Translations under genes and position numbers: made by a program
Origin: a virus
Lineage: Duplodnaviria > Caudoviricetes
Reading direction: 5' to 3' (one strand)
Length of the DNA: 43,573 nt
Virus record (IMG/VR): IMGVR_UViG_3300048577_000543
Location: 1-43,573 of that record
Notes under the pieces: model-generated
Told to the model about the DNA's origin: nothing
Databases searched by the model: none
What the model saw: the letters and a program-made list of their open reading frames with translations, nothing else
Part shown: positions 1 to 8,643 of the stretch, in pieces
Position numbering within the stretch: the stretch's first letter is position 1
Layout: each line of letters opens with the position of its first letter

Positions 1-1506
1 ATGTCCAGGCGCATCTCCTTTTATGCGGCGCTGGCCGCCACGGCGCTGGCCATGACGACGGGGGCTATCGGCTTTTTGGGGGGACCGTGGATCGTGGCGG
101 TCCCCATCCTGGCCGCAGTCTGCGTCGCGATCATCCTGGCCGGGCTGGCGGCCAGCGGTAAAGCGACGGCGAAGCTCGTCAGGGAACTGCAATCCCTCCT
201 GCCGCAGGAAACACTTCCTGCGGCGGAGGAACCGGATAACCTGCTGCAATGCCTGGGACGTCAAATGTGCGCCGCGCGCGAGGAGCGCGGGCGGGCCTTG
301 ACCCTTCTGGCGCGTCTTCCCTTTCCGTGCATGACGGTGATCTGTTCCGGCAGGCTCAGTTGGCAAAACGACTCCATGGCCGCGCTCCTGGACGAGGGCG
401 GCCCGGCGGCAACGACGGACCCCGTTGCCGCATTTTGCGCCAGAACCAGTGCAAGGACCTGGGAAAACCTGCGCGCCGGGCTTTGGGACGGTCCGTGGCT
501 ACGCGTCGTACGCCCCGATGGCGGCGAATCCCTGCTCCAGGTGGATATGGTCGAAATCGGTGGAGGGGATGCCGCAGGCTGCTGGCTGTGTCTTTTTCAG
601 GACATGACCGAACGCCATCGAGACGCCTTGCGGATCGAGTCTCAAAATACGGCGATCAAACAGTTAAACGCCAGGATTGAGGAAGGAACGACCACCCTTG
701 AGACCTTGGCCCGGGAAATCAGCCGCACCTTGGTTTCGCTGGTCGGCTCCATGCACGACTCCAAGGACCAGGCGCAGCAAGTGGCGCAGGCCATGCAAGA
801 GATGACCGACAACGTGCGTATGATGGCCACCATGGCCGCGGAAACCGCAAAAACCGCGACCGGTGCGGAGAGCCGGGCGCGCGAGGGTGTTGGAACCGTC
901 AAGCAAACCGCGGACGTGACCCACAAGGTCGTGGATTCCTACGATCATTTGCAGACCATTTTGTCGCAACTGGTGGAAAAGGCCGGGAACGTCGGGAAGG
1001 TGGTGGGCCTTATCTCCGACATCGCCGACCAGACGAACCTGCTCGCCTTAAACGCGGCCATCGAGGCGGCCAGGGCCGGAGAATCCGGCAGAGGCTTCGC
1101 CGTAGTGGCCGACGAGGTGCGAAAGCTCGCCGAGAAGACCCTGCAGGCGACCAGGGAGGTCCACGAGGCGGTACAGGCCATCGAAGCCTGCTCCAACCTG
1201 GCTGTTACGGCCATGGTCGCCACCAACCAGGACATCAAGACGTCCTTTGATCTGGTCCTGTCCGTGGAAGACAAGTTTGCGGCAATAGCCGAAGCCATGG
1301 TGTCCGCCTCACGGGGAATCGACGACATTGCCCACCGGGCCGAGAAGCAGTGCGCCTCCAGTTTCGAGATCAACATGTGCGCCATGAACGTGACCGACAA
1401 CTCTCAGGATGTGTACGATCAGGTGCATCGCACCAGTCAGGAGCTTGAACGTCTGGTCGAGGACGTCTCCAAAGTGCGGGCCATGGCCTCCGGGACGCAG
1501 GCCTAA
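1..1506 (+). CDS. Host methyl-accepting chemotaxis protein (N-terminal TM helices, PAS-like region, MCP signalling domain)
   Basis: Canonical signalling hairpin [40 protein letters not shown]; hydrophobic N-terminus; GC-rich host codon usage. Confidence 0.95.
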   Translation: MSRRISFYAALAATALAMTTGAIGFLGGPWIVAVPILAAVCVAIILAGLAASGKATAKLVRELQSLLPQETLPAAEEPDNLLQCLGRQMCAAREERGRALTLLARLPFPCMTVICSGRLSWQNDSMAALLDEGGPAATTDPVAAFCARTSARTWENLRAGLWDGPWLRVVRPDGGESLLQVDMVEIGGGDAAGCWLCLFQDMTERHRDALRIESQNTAIKQLNARIEEGTTTLETLAREISRTLVSLVGSMHDSKDQAQQVAQAMQEMTDNVRMMATMAAETAKTATGAESRAREGVGTVKQTADVTHKVVDSYDHLQTILSQLVEKAGNVGKVVGLISDIADQTNLLALNAAIEAARAGESGRGFAVVADEVRKLAEKTLQATREVHEAVQAIEACSNLAVTAMVATNQDIKTSFDLVLSVEDKFAAIAEAMVSASRGIDDIAHRAEKQCASSFEINMCAMNVTDNSQDVYDQVHRTSQELERLVEDVSKVRAMASGTQA

Positions 1507-1545
1507 TCGACAGCCGACGCTTCAAGCGAAATGCTTATATGACGC

Positions 1546-1579
1546 GCCCAAAGGCCGCCCCGTGGCGCGGCCTTTGGGC
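1546..1579 (+). terminator. Strong GC hairpin downstream of the MCP gene (terminator or mRNA-stabilising stem)
   Basis: 13-bp perfect inverted repeat GCCCAAAGGCCGC / GCGGCCTTTGGGC, 8-nt loop; no clear U-tract. Confidence 0.5.
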
Positions 1580-1804
1580 AGACCTGCCGCCAGGACGTAC
1601 CCGCGGCGCCTTTTCAAGGAGAGCAAATCTTTTGAGACAGTGGGGCGCGGGGAGTGTCATTGCCGCCGCCGGTTGTGCCGCATAGCGCCGCAAGGTGATT
1701 TTCCGAAAACGAAAAATGTGTCGCCGCGCCATGAGAATTGCCCGGAGTCCTGTCCCCATGGATTGAAAAGCGCATCGAAAGCGGCTAGTACTCGCCTTCC
1801 CATT

Positions 1805-1898
1805 GGAAGCGTTTCGTCACCGGTGTGGCGCCTGGACTTCAAATCCAGTGTGTGGTCGAGAGGTCACAGGTAGGTTCGACTCCTATACGCTTCCGCCA
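1805..1898 (+). tRNA. selC: tRNA-Sec (anticodon UCA), prophage integration target
   Basis: 8-bp acceptor stem GGAAGCGT/ACGCTTCC, discriminator G plus CCA, anticodon arm CTGGA-CTTCAAA-TCCAG, long variable arm, 5-bp T stem around TTCGACT; 94 nt. Confidence 0.96.
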
Positions 1899-1913
1899 TT
1901 GTTAAGAAAAATT

Positions 1914-1960
1914 CTCCTAGAGGGTGCCTAAAAGGTACTCTGTGACACCCTCTAGGAGTT
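1914..1960 (+). terminator. Phage-supplied hairpin immediately after selC
   Basis: 13-bp inverted repeat CTCCTAGAGGGTG (1914-1926) / CACCCTCTAGGAG (1946-1958); short U-tail only. Confidence 0.55.
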
Positions 1961-1962
1961 CA

Positions 1963-1991
1963 TTGTGTCCCCCTTTGTGCCCCCGTTGTGC
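1963..1991 (+). repeat. Tandem direct repeats, probable integrase arm-type binding sites
   Basis: TTGTGTCCCCC (1963), TTGTGCCCCCG (1975), TTGTGC (1986), ~65-90 bp from the tRNA end. Confidence 0.55.
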
Positions 1992-2022
1992 TTCAAGTCC
2001 TTCTATTTCCATATATTTTTTA

Positions 2023-2045
2023 TATACTATTTCCCAACATTGGGA
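2023..2045 (+). promoter_or_regulatory. Candidate sigma70 -10 box (TATACT) followed by palindrome TCCCAA-CA-TTGGGA over the start site
   Basis: TATACT 2023-2028; palindrome 2032-2045; weak -35. Confidence 0.45.
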
Positions 2046-2081
2046 TATTGTTTTTCATAAACATGAAAGAGTGGACGTTTT

Positions 2082-2228
2082 ATGGTTAATTTAAAGGGAT
2101 TACTGGCAAAGGCGGTCTTTGGGTTCCTCTTACTTCCTAGACTCATTGGAGGAGGAACCTGGATAGGAACGTGCTTTGGCTATTTGATTTGCTTGGCTTT
2201 TCTCTATGCGGTCATCCGTGGCTACTAA
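2082..2228 (+). CDS. 48-aa hydrophobic membrane protein (not in ORF track)
   Basis: Hand translation MVNLKGLLAKAVFGFLLLPRLIGGGTWIGTCFGYLICLAFLYAVIRGY; GAGTGGA upstream. Confidence 0.5.
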   Translation: MVNLKGLLAKAVFGFLLLPRLIGGGTWIGTCFGYLICLAFLYAVIRGY

Positions 2229-2565
2229 ACGACTTACCAAGGGCTGGATATGGTATAAAACATAGTACAAGTAACTGAAAACATTGGATAAGGGCATTTA
2301 ATTGGCCTCCCTTAGGAGAAGAGACCGCCGAAAGCCTACGGGTCGAGTACGCGGGTCAAGTGTGTTGACTCATCCCTCTTTTTAAAAAGGTGGATAGACG
2401 AGCATGACTCTCTTCACAGAAACCCCAAGCCTTCAAAGACGTAGCCTCTCAGGGATGACCCCTGATGCTTCCTATTGCCTGGGTCTCGTAAGCCACTCCC
2501 TGTCATGAAAAAATGGCAAATTGCTTACAACCTCTATCCCACTGACTTTTTGGGGGTAGGGGGCA

Positions 2566-2745
2566 CTATAAGAATCTTATAGGTATCCTATAGGACTCCT
2601 TTAACATCTACTCTAAGAGGATAATATTAAGAGAGAATACTCATAAAGATGTCTTAGTTATTAAGACTCTCTATTACTCTCTCTTTTGATATTCTCAGCT
2701 TAAAGAGGATGTCTAAAGAGTCTTTAAGTTAACTTTCCTAAAAAC
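2566..2745. repeat. AT-rich array of short palindromes upstream of RNAP
   Basis: CTATAAGAATCTTATAG (2566-2582) then AGGTATCCTATAGGACTCCT; shares TCTTATAGGTATCCTA exactly with 36393-36408. Confidence 0.6.
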
Positions 2746-2763
2746 TTGAGGAAGGTATCAAGT

Positions 2764-5169
2764 ATGGCCTTTGATAACGACTACGATAGGCAAGTGTCAT
2801 TAGAGCAAGACTCGGCTAAAGAAGCCATTAATGCTTACAAAGCTGCCCTCCTTAAAGCTCGTCAGAAAGGCTCTAACCTAGAGTCTTTTGCACCTGAAAT
2901 GTGGTTGTTAAAGAAGAGTCTTAAACCTCTGGCGGATGCTATTGAAGTATTCGTTAAGGAGAAGAAAAAAGGAACCAATAGGTTACGGCCTGTCAGAGTG
3001 TTTTTGAGTCACTTGAATCTTTTGGAAGTGTCATTTCTTACTGTGCGGTATATCCTGAATAAGACCGTGGAGCTTACCCCTATTCAGTCAGTCGCAATAG
3101 GTCTAGCCCGTGATTTGAAATTCCATGCCGACTTCGAGACGCTCAAAAAGGACCAGCCTAAGCTTATTAAAGCTATCAAGGCTAGAACCAACCTCGATTC
3201 TCTTGTCCACCGTGTTCGGGTCTATAAGGCCAATATGCGCCGGTTTGAAATTAAAGGCATGACTGAGGATGAGCTTTTGTCCCTTGGCCTTTGCGTCATC
3301 GACCTTTTGATTTCGTCCAGTGGGATTATCAAGGCCGTAGACTACACGAAGCGGGGGAAGTCATTTAAAGGCCTTGTGTTGGCCGATGAGGTGTTATCTT
3401 GGCTGAATAAACAACATGGTCGTTGCGAACTCAGTCACGTCATAAACCCACCTATGGTTGTCCCTCCGAGGGTTTGGACTGACAACGAAAATGGTGGGTA
3501 TCTCACTAACTTCGCCTCAGGGCGTCAGCGTCTCGTAAAGACCCGCCATACTGAGGTACAATCCTGGCTGGCCAAGCCTGAAGCGGTCTACAGCGCGGTC
3601 AATGCTCTGCAAAGTACGCCTTGGAAGATTAACGCTAAGGTTGCTCAGGTATTGGAGGAAGTAACTAATCTAGGAGGAGGCTTTTCGGGAATACCGGCAC
3701 TTGATAGCCAGGAAAGGGAGCTTTTACAGAAACCCTGGGGAGACTCAAAGGCTGAATACGAGCAATTTAAGGCTACTAATCCTGAAGATGTTCGTAGCTA
3801 TTGCATAAAGGCCAAAGGTCTCCATGACGCATGGGCAAGGGAAACCTCAAAGAGGTCAGCTTTTTTTATGCAACTTCAGTTTGCCAGAAAGTATGGGAAA
3901 GAGTCTCAAATCTATTTTCCTTGGTTCCTTGACTGGCGTGGGAGGATGTACCCGACCGTAAGCTTTGTTAATCCTCAATCGGATGATGTTGGTAAGGGTC
4001 TACTGGAGTTTTCCGTTGGCAAACAACTTACCAAATCTGGAATATACTGGTTGTATGTTCACACTGCTAACGTCGCTGGAGTGGATAAAGTACCCTTTGA
4101 TGACCGTGTAAAGTTGGTTGAAGAGAACATGGAGGTTATTCTTGCTGTAGCTCAAGACCCGCTATCTAACCGTTTTTGGGTTGACGTAGATTCCCCCTTT
4201 AAGTTCTTAGCTTGCTGCTTTGAACTTGAGAGGCTCCACAAAGAGGGCCTGAGTTCCTTTGTGACTCATCTTCCTGTCGCCATGGATGGTTCATGTAATG
4301 GCCTTCAGCATTACTCAGCGCTTCTCCGGGATGACATCGCTGGAGCTGCTGTCAATCTCATCCCTCAGGATAAGCCTGGAGACATCTATGCCGACGTGGC
4401 TAAGGTTGTCTCAGAATTGGTTGACTCATCCACGGATGAAGAGGCTGTATGGTGGCGGGGACAGGTAACCCGGTCTGTCGTCAAAAGAAACGTCATGACC
4501 CTTGTGTATGGGGTGACCTCGTATGGCATGGGAGACCAGCTTCACGAGGTTGTCAAAGAGTTAGGAATGGATTGTGGTGGGATGGAGCTAAAAGCCGCTA
4601 CATGGCTTGCTACGCGTGTTTACGAGGGCATTGGGTCCGTGGCCTCATCCGCAAAGACCGGGATGGCATGGCTACAAGAATGCGCGAGAATAGTTGCTAA
4701 GACCAATGAGCCGTTGTCATGGACTACCCCAAGTGGTTTCAAAGTCTGGCATGGCTATTGGGAAACCAAAAGGAAGGTTATTAAAACCGTCTTTGGTGGT
4801 TGCACGATGAAGCTCTCATTGAAAGAAGACACAGGAACAATCTCATCCCGCTCACAAGCTAACGGTATTGCCCCGAACTTCATTCACTCATTAGATGCTT
4901 CCCACTGCGTTCTCACAATCAATAAAGCCCAAGAAAGGGGCCTTACTGACTTCGCTATGATTCACGATTCCTATGGCTGCCACGCATCCGACGTGGAAAC
5001 CCTTAATGCTACCCTTAGGGAGGCGTTCGTGGACATGTATAGTGGGGACGTACTTATGGACTTTAAAAAGGAGGTTGAGCAGAATAGTAGTGTAATCTTG
5101 CCAGATTTGCCCAAAAAGGGGACGCTCAATATCGAAGGTGTGTTGCAATCACGCTATTTTTTTGCCTAG
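2764..5169 (+). CDS. T7-like single-subunit DNA-directed RNA polymerase (gp1)
   Basis: Motifs LDWRGRMYP, DGSCNGLQHY, RSVVKRNVMTLVYG, APNFIHSLDASH, IHDSY; ATG 2764 with GAGGAAGG RBS. Confidence 0.98.
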   Translation: MAFDNDYDRQVSLEQDSAKEAINAYKAALLKARQKGSNLESFAPEMWLLKKSLKPLADAIEVFVKEKKKGTNRLRPVRVFLSHLNLLEVSFLTVRYILNKTVELTPIQSVAIGLARDLKFHADFETLKKDQPKLIKAIKARTNLDSLVHRVRVYKANMRRFEIKGMTEDELLSLGLCVIDLLISSSGIIKAVDYTKRGKSFKGLVLADEVLSWLNKQHGRCELSHVINPPMVVPPRVWTDNENGGYLTNFASGRQRLVKTRHTEVQSWLAKPEAVYSAVNALQSTPWKINAKVAQVLEEVTNLGGGFSGIPALDSQERELLQKPWGDSKAEYEQFKATNPEDVRSYCIKAKGLHDAWARETSKRSAFFMQLQFARKYGKESQIYFPWFLDWRGRMYPTVSFVNPQSDDVGKGLLEFSVGKQLTKSGIYWLYVHTANVAGVDKVPFDDRVKLVEENMEVILAVAQDPLSNRFWVDVDSPFKFLACCFELERLHKEGLSSFVTHLPVAMDGSCNGLQHYSALLRDDIAGAAVNLIPQDKPGDIYADVAKVVSELVDSSTDEEAVWWRGQVTRSVVKRNVMTLVYGVTSYGMGDQLHEVVKELGMDCGGMELKAATWLATRVYEGIGSVASSAKTGMAWLQECARIVAKTNEPLSWTTPSGFKVWHGYWETKRKVIKTVFGGCTMKLSLKEDTGTISSRSQANGIAPNFIHSLDASHCVLTINKAQERGLTDFAMIHDSYGCHASDVETLNATLREAFVDMYSGDVLMDFKKEVEQNSSVILPDLPKKGTLNIEGVLQSRYFFA

Positions 5170-5196
5170 TATATTCCAAATTTGGGAGATAGTACA

Positions 5197-5490
5197 ATGA
5201 AGCTGAATACTCGACGCATGATTTTCAAAGCTTTCTCTTTGAACCGTAAAGGTGTTCCGCTCCCGGTGGATATGTGCATGGCACTTAGTGCTGATGGAAT
5301 CAACCCGGACGCTCTTATGAGCTACTTCGATAATGGGAGCTTGTCCCCGAAAGAAGATGACTACCTCTCTGAAGAGAACCTGTTGGAGGCCGTTGCCTAC
5401 TACTGTCCCTCTTCTGATGAGGATGACCAGGGAGTTATCGTGCCGTTGCATTTGCAGGCCGATATCTTTGGTCGCACTTTGGACCTCTAA
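5197..5490 (+). CDS. Hypothetical acidic phage protein
   Basis: ATG 5197 with GGGAG RBS; fills the gap between RNAP and SSB. Confidence 0.65.
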   Translation: MKLNTRRMIFKAFSLNRKGVPLPVDMCMALSADGINPDALMSYFDNGSLSPKEDDYLSEENLLEAVAYYCPSSDEDDQGVIVPLHLQADIFGRTLDL

Positions 5491-5509
5491 ACTTATAATA
5501 GGAAACATT

Positions 5510-6157
5510 TTGGCTGATAAGCAGAAGTTTTTGAACATCGTTACCCCGGCTGGTTCAGCATTGTGGTGCAAGATTTTTGTCCCTGATACCAAGTACAAAG
5601 CCGAAGGTGAATACTCGACTAAGATGGTCCTGCCTGCTGATGAAGCGGGTGAACTCATCGACATCCTTAAAGAGGAAGTCGAAATAATCTGGAATGAAAC
5701 TATCCCAGGTTTGAAACCGGCGGTGGCGAAGCAGATGGCCCGTAGCTACCCCTTTACTGACGAACTGGATGAGGAGACCGGAGACGAAACCGGTAATCTC
5801 ATCTTCAAGTTCACCACTCGTGCCTCCTACAAAAAGAAAGATGGCTCCACGGGAGAAAACTCTGTGGCCCTCTTTGATGCTTCGGGAAAGGCAATCCCTA
5901 AGGGGGCTTCTCCGCGCATCGGCAACGGTTCCCTCATCAAGGTGTCCGCCACGGTCATCCCTTTCAGTTCCCCTGGCACCAAGAAAATCGGCGTCTCTTT
6001 GCGCCTCCGTGCGGTCCAGCTCGTGCAGCTTGAAGAATACGCTGGCGGGGACGGTGGGAGCTATGGCTTTGGTGCTTCGGATGGCTACACCTACAAGCCT
6101 GACGAAAGCGGTCCTGATGCTGGTGGAGAAGCTAACGACGAGGATGTGCCCTTCTAA
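5510..6157 (+). CDS. T7 gp2.5-like single-stranded DNA-binding protein
   Basis: TPAG..W....PDTKY, GVSLRLRAVQLVQL, acidic tail ending in F (EDVPF); TTG start after AGGA. Confidence 0.93.
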   Translation: MADKQKFLNIVTPAGSALWCKIFVPDTKYKAEGEYSTKMVLPADEAGELIDILKEEVEIIWNETIPGLKPAVAKQMARSYPFTDELDEETGDETGNLIFKFTTRASYKKKDGSTGENSVALFDASGKAIPKGASPRIGNGSLIKVSATVIPFSSPGTKKIGVSLRLRAVQLVQLEEYAGGDGGSYGFGASDGYTYKPDESGPDAGGEANDEDVPF

Positions 6158-6158
6158 T

Positions 6159-6557
6159 ATGGCTTATCCTCGTAGACACTGTAGTGCGGCTTACCGTTCG
6201 GGCCTAGAAGAGAAAGTGTGCGGTATGCTGGACGCTGCTGGGGTAAAGTACGAATATGAACCTTTCAAGATACCGTACATTACCCCTGCTAAAAAGCACA
6301 CGTATACCCCGGATGTCGTTTTGTCCAACGGCATCATTTGCGAATTGAAGGGCATGTTTGCTCTTGTAGACAGACAGAAGCACGAGTTTCTCAAAGAGCA
6401 ACACCCCGAGATTGACATTCGTATCGTCTTTCAGAACCCAAATACGACACTCTCTAAGCGGTCTAAGACACGCTATAGGGATTGGGCCGATTCTCGCGGC
6501 ATCAAATGGGCCGCTAAAACCATACCTCAGGAGTGGATTAATGAGCCAGCAAAGTGA
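6159..6557 (+). CDS. T7 gp3-like endonuclease I (Holliday junction resolvase)
   Basis: YRSGLEEKV, YTPDVVL.NGIICELKG, DRQKH, QHPEIDIRIVF, IPQEW. Confidence 0.96.
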   Translation: MAYPRRHCSAAYRSGLEEKVCGMLDAAGVKYEYEPFKIPYITPAKKHTYTPDVVLSNGIICELKGMFALVDRQKHEFLKEQHPEIDIRIVFQNPNTTLSKRSKTRYRDWADSRGIKWAAKTIPQEWINEPAK

Positions 6558-6780
6558 AATTCAATTCAAGCCCAGTCACGCTACTCAGGAAGAGTTCGTT
6601 CGGAACTACCTTTTGAGTGGCCTTGCTCTGACCCCTGTGAAGGCCATCGCTGAAGCTAAGATTTTCCGTCTGGCTGCGGTCATTCACACTCTCAAAAACA
6701 AAGGCATGAAGATTCGCTCTGTGCGACGTATGAGCTTTACCGGGAGACCGTACTGTGAATACTCCCTCGACACAATCTAA
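6541..6780 (+). CDS. Small winged helix-turn-helix protein
   Basis: LTPVKAI...IFRLAAVIHTLKNKGMKI...Y.L pattern typical of small phage wHTH proteins. Confidence 0.7.
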   Translation: MSQQSEIQFKPSHATQEEFVRNYLLSGLALTPVKAIAEAKIFRLAAVIHTLKNKGMKIRSVRRMSFTGRPYCEYSLDTI

Positions 6781-6934
6781 GGAAGAAGCCTTAGAACACA
6801 TCAAGACCAATAGGCTCTTTGTGTTTGGAGAAGGGCCTACTTGGTTCACATGTGAAGATGACTGCGGCCATGTCTTTCCGGTATTCTTTAAAAAGGAGGA
6901 GCATGGCGAAAAACAAATTGCCCCCGTTCGGTAA
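6755..6934 (+). CDS. 59-aa hypothetical protein (not in ORF track)
   Basis: GTG 6755 with GGGAG RBS; MNTPSTQSKEEALEHIKTNRLFVFGEGPTWFTCEDDCGHVFPVFF...; bridges HTH and primase genes. Confidence 0.5.
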   Translation: MNTPSTQSKEEALEHIKTNRLFVFGEGPTWFTCEDDCGHVFPVFFKKEEHGEKQIAPVR

Positions 6935-8615
6935 CTTCATCCAACATAAAGAATGCCCTCTTTGTGGCTCGTCCGATGCTCTTTCTGAGTTCGATAGTGG
7001 ACACGAATACTGCTACTCCTGCAATACCCTCGTTACATTCCCAGGAAAAGATGGAACCCCTAAGAAGGCGAAGGCTTCCAGTGGTAATGGCATCCCTTTG
7101 CTACAAGCTGAAGCTATTCAATTAAAAGCACGCGGCATTTCACAAGAAACATGCCGCAAGTTCAATTACCATGTGGGTAAAGACGAAAAAGGTAATTGGG
7201 TCCACATCGCCAACTACTTTAAAGAACGTCAGCTTGTTGCTCAACACCTCAGGGGAGAAGACAAGAAGTTCTCTTGGCGTGGAGATTCCAAAGACGTTGA
7301 ACTGTTTGGTCAGAATATCTGGCCAGCTAAGGGTTCAAGAGTAGTTGTTACTGAAGGTGAAATTGATTGCATGTCAATTAGCCAGTCCTTCAATAATAAA
7401 TGGCCCTGCGTCTCAATCCCTTCGGGCTGTAATAGTGCCCGCTCGGCTATCGAAAGAAACATTGAGTGGCTAGAGGGTTACGAAAGTATCGTCTTGGCCT
7501 TTGATGATGATGCACCAGGAAGAAAAGCAACAGAAGACGCTGTTCTGTTATTCACCCCTGGGAAAGTGAAGGTGATGTCCTTCCAGGGTCTCAAAGATGC
7601 TAATGAGCTTCTCCTTGCGAAAGATGCCAGCACGGTTTGCTCGTGTGTCTTTCAGGCCCGAGAGTACAGGCCAGACGGTGTTGTAAGTGGTTGTGACCTC
7701 CTTGATGAAGTCATGAAGGAACCTCAGAGTGGCTATTCTGTCCTGTATCCTAAACTCATGGAGAAGACCATGGGACTACGGAAAGGTGAGCTAGTCATGT
7801 TCACGGCCGGCTCAGGGATAGGTAAAAGCACTGTTGTAAATGAGATAGCGTATGACCTCATGATGCGGCACAAGCTCTCTATTGGCATCGTAGCTTTAGA
7901 AGAGAGTAAGAAAAGGACTGCTGAGAGATACATTTCTATTCGCATGAACAAGCCCATCCATTTGACAAGAGAGGGTGTTACCAATGAAGAAATAAAAGAA
8001 GCCTTCGATGCTACAGTAGGAACCGGAAGATTCTGGTTGTATGACCATTGGGGTTCTTTGCAAGTAGACACTCTACTGGCAAAGCTTCAATTCATGGTCA
8101 TATCCTGCAAGGTTGACTTCATCATTTTGGACCATATCAGTATCATCGTTTCTGGATTGGCTGAAAGTGAAGAGAGTGAAAGAAAAACACTTGACCGCTT
8201 GATGACTGCTCTACGTCAGCTTGTTGAAAGGACTGGAGTAGGAATGCTTGCGGTAGTCCATTTGAAGAGACCCAAGGACGGGAAGAGCTACAATGAAGGT
8301 CGCCAAGTATCCCTTACAGACCTAAGAGGCAGTGCTTCTTTAGAGCAAATCTCAGACATGGTTATAGCACTAGAGAGAGACCAACAGGATGATAACGATG
8401 AGGACTCTCAAGGTGAAGCTGAGGAGTCTAACATATCAGTCATCCGTGTATTAAAAAACCGTCCTATCGGTAAAACCGGAGTAGCTGACACCCTGAGTTA
8501 CTGTCACGAAACCGGACGCCTATCTGTAGTGGATAACCACAATGAGTATTTTCCTACCCGAAAGAAGAAGGGCAAAGGAAATAAACCTGTCACTCATAAT
8601 AACCCCGGCTTTTAA
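6903..8615 (+). CDS. T7 gp4-like primase/helicase
   Basis: Zn finger CPLCGSSD...YCYSC, TOPRIM TEGEIDC and FDDDAPG, Walker A AGSGIGKST, ILDHISI, DLRGS; ATG 6903 after AGGAGG. Confidence 0.97.
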   Translation: MAKNKLPPFGNFIQHKECPLCGSSDALSEFDSGHEYCYSCNTLVTFPGKDGTPKKAKASSGNGIPLLQAEAIQLKARGISQETCRKFNYHVGKDEKGNWVHIANYFKERQLVAQHLRGEDKKFSWRGDSKDVELFGQNIWPAKGSRVVVTEGEIDCMSISQSFNNKWPCVSIPSGCNSARSAIERNIEWLEGYESIVLAFDDDAPGRKATEDAVLLFTPGKVKVMSFQGLKDANELLLAKDASTVCSCVFQAREYRPDGVVSGCDLLDEVMKEPQSGYSVLYPKLMEKTMGLRKGELVMFTAGSGIGKSTVVNEIAYDLMMRHKLSIGIVALEESKKRTAERYISIRMNKPIHLTREGVTNEEIKEAFDATVGTGRFWLYDHWGSLQVDTLLAKLQFMVISCKVDFIILDHISIIVSGLAESEESERKTLDRLMTALRQLVERTGVGMLAVVHLKRPKDGKSYNEGRQVSLTDLRGSASLEQISDMVIALERDQQDDNDEDSQGEAEESNISVIRVLKNRPIGKTGVADTLSYCHETGRLSVVDNHNEYFPTRKKKGKGNKPVTHNNPGF

Positions 8616-8643
8616 AAAAGGGGTAAGGAGAAATCAATAACTT

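Noticed and set aside
1409-1873. ORFs spanning the MCP 3' end, the intergenic region and the tRNA
   Set aside because: They overlap the MCP gene and tRNA-Sec and show no recognisable motifs; typical GC-rich shadow frames
2323-2357. Resemblance of AAAGCCTACGGGTC to a c-di-GMP-I riboswitch
   Set aside because: The upstream GNRA-capped stem and closing helix are missing; kept only as a generic structured hairpin
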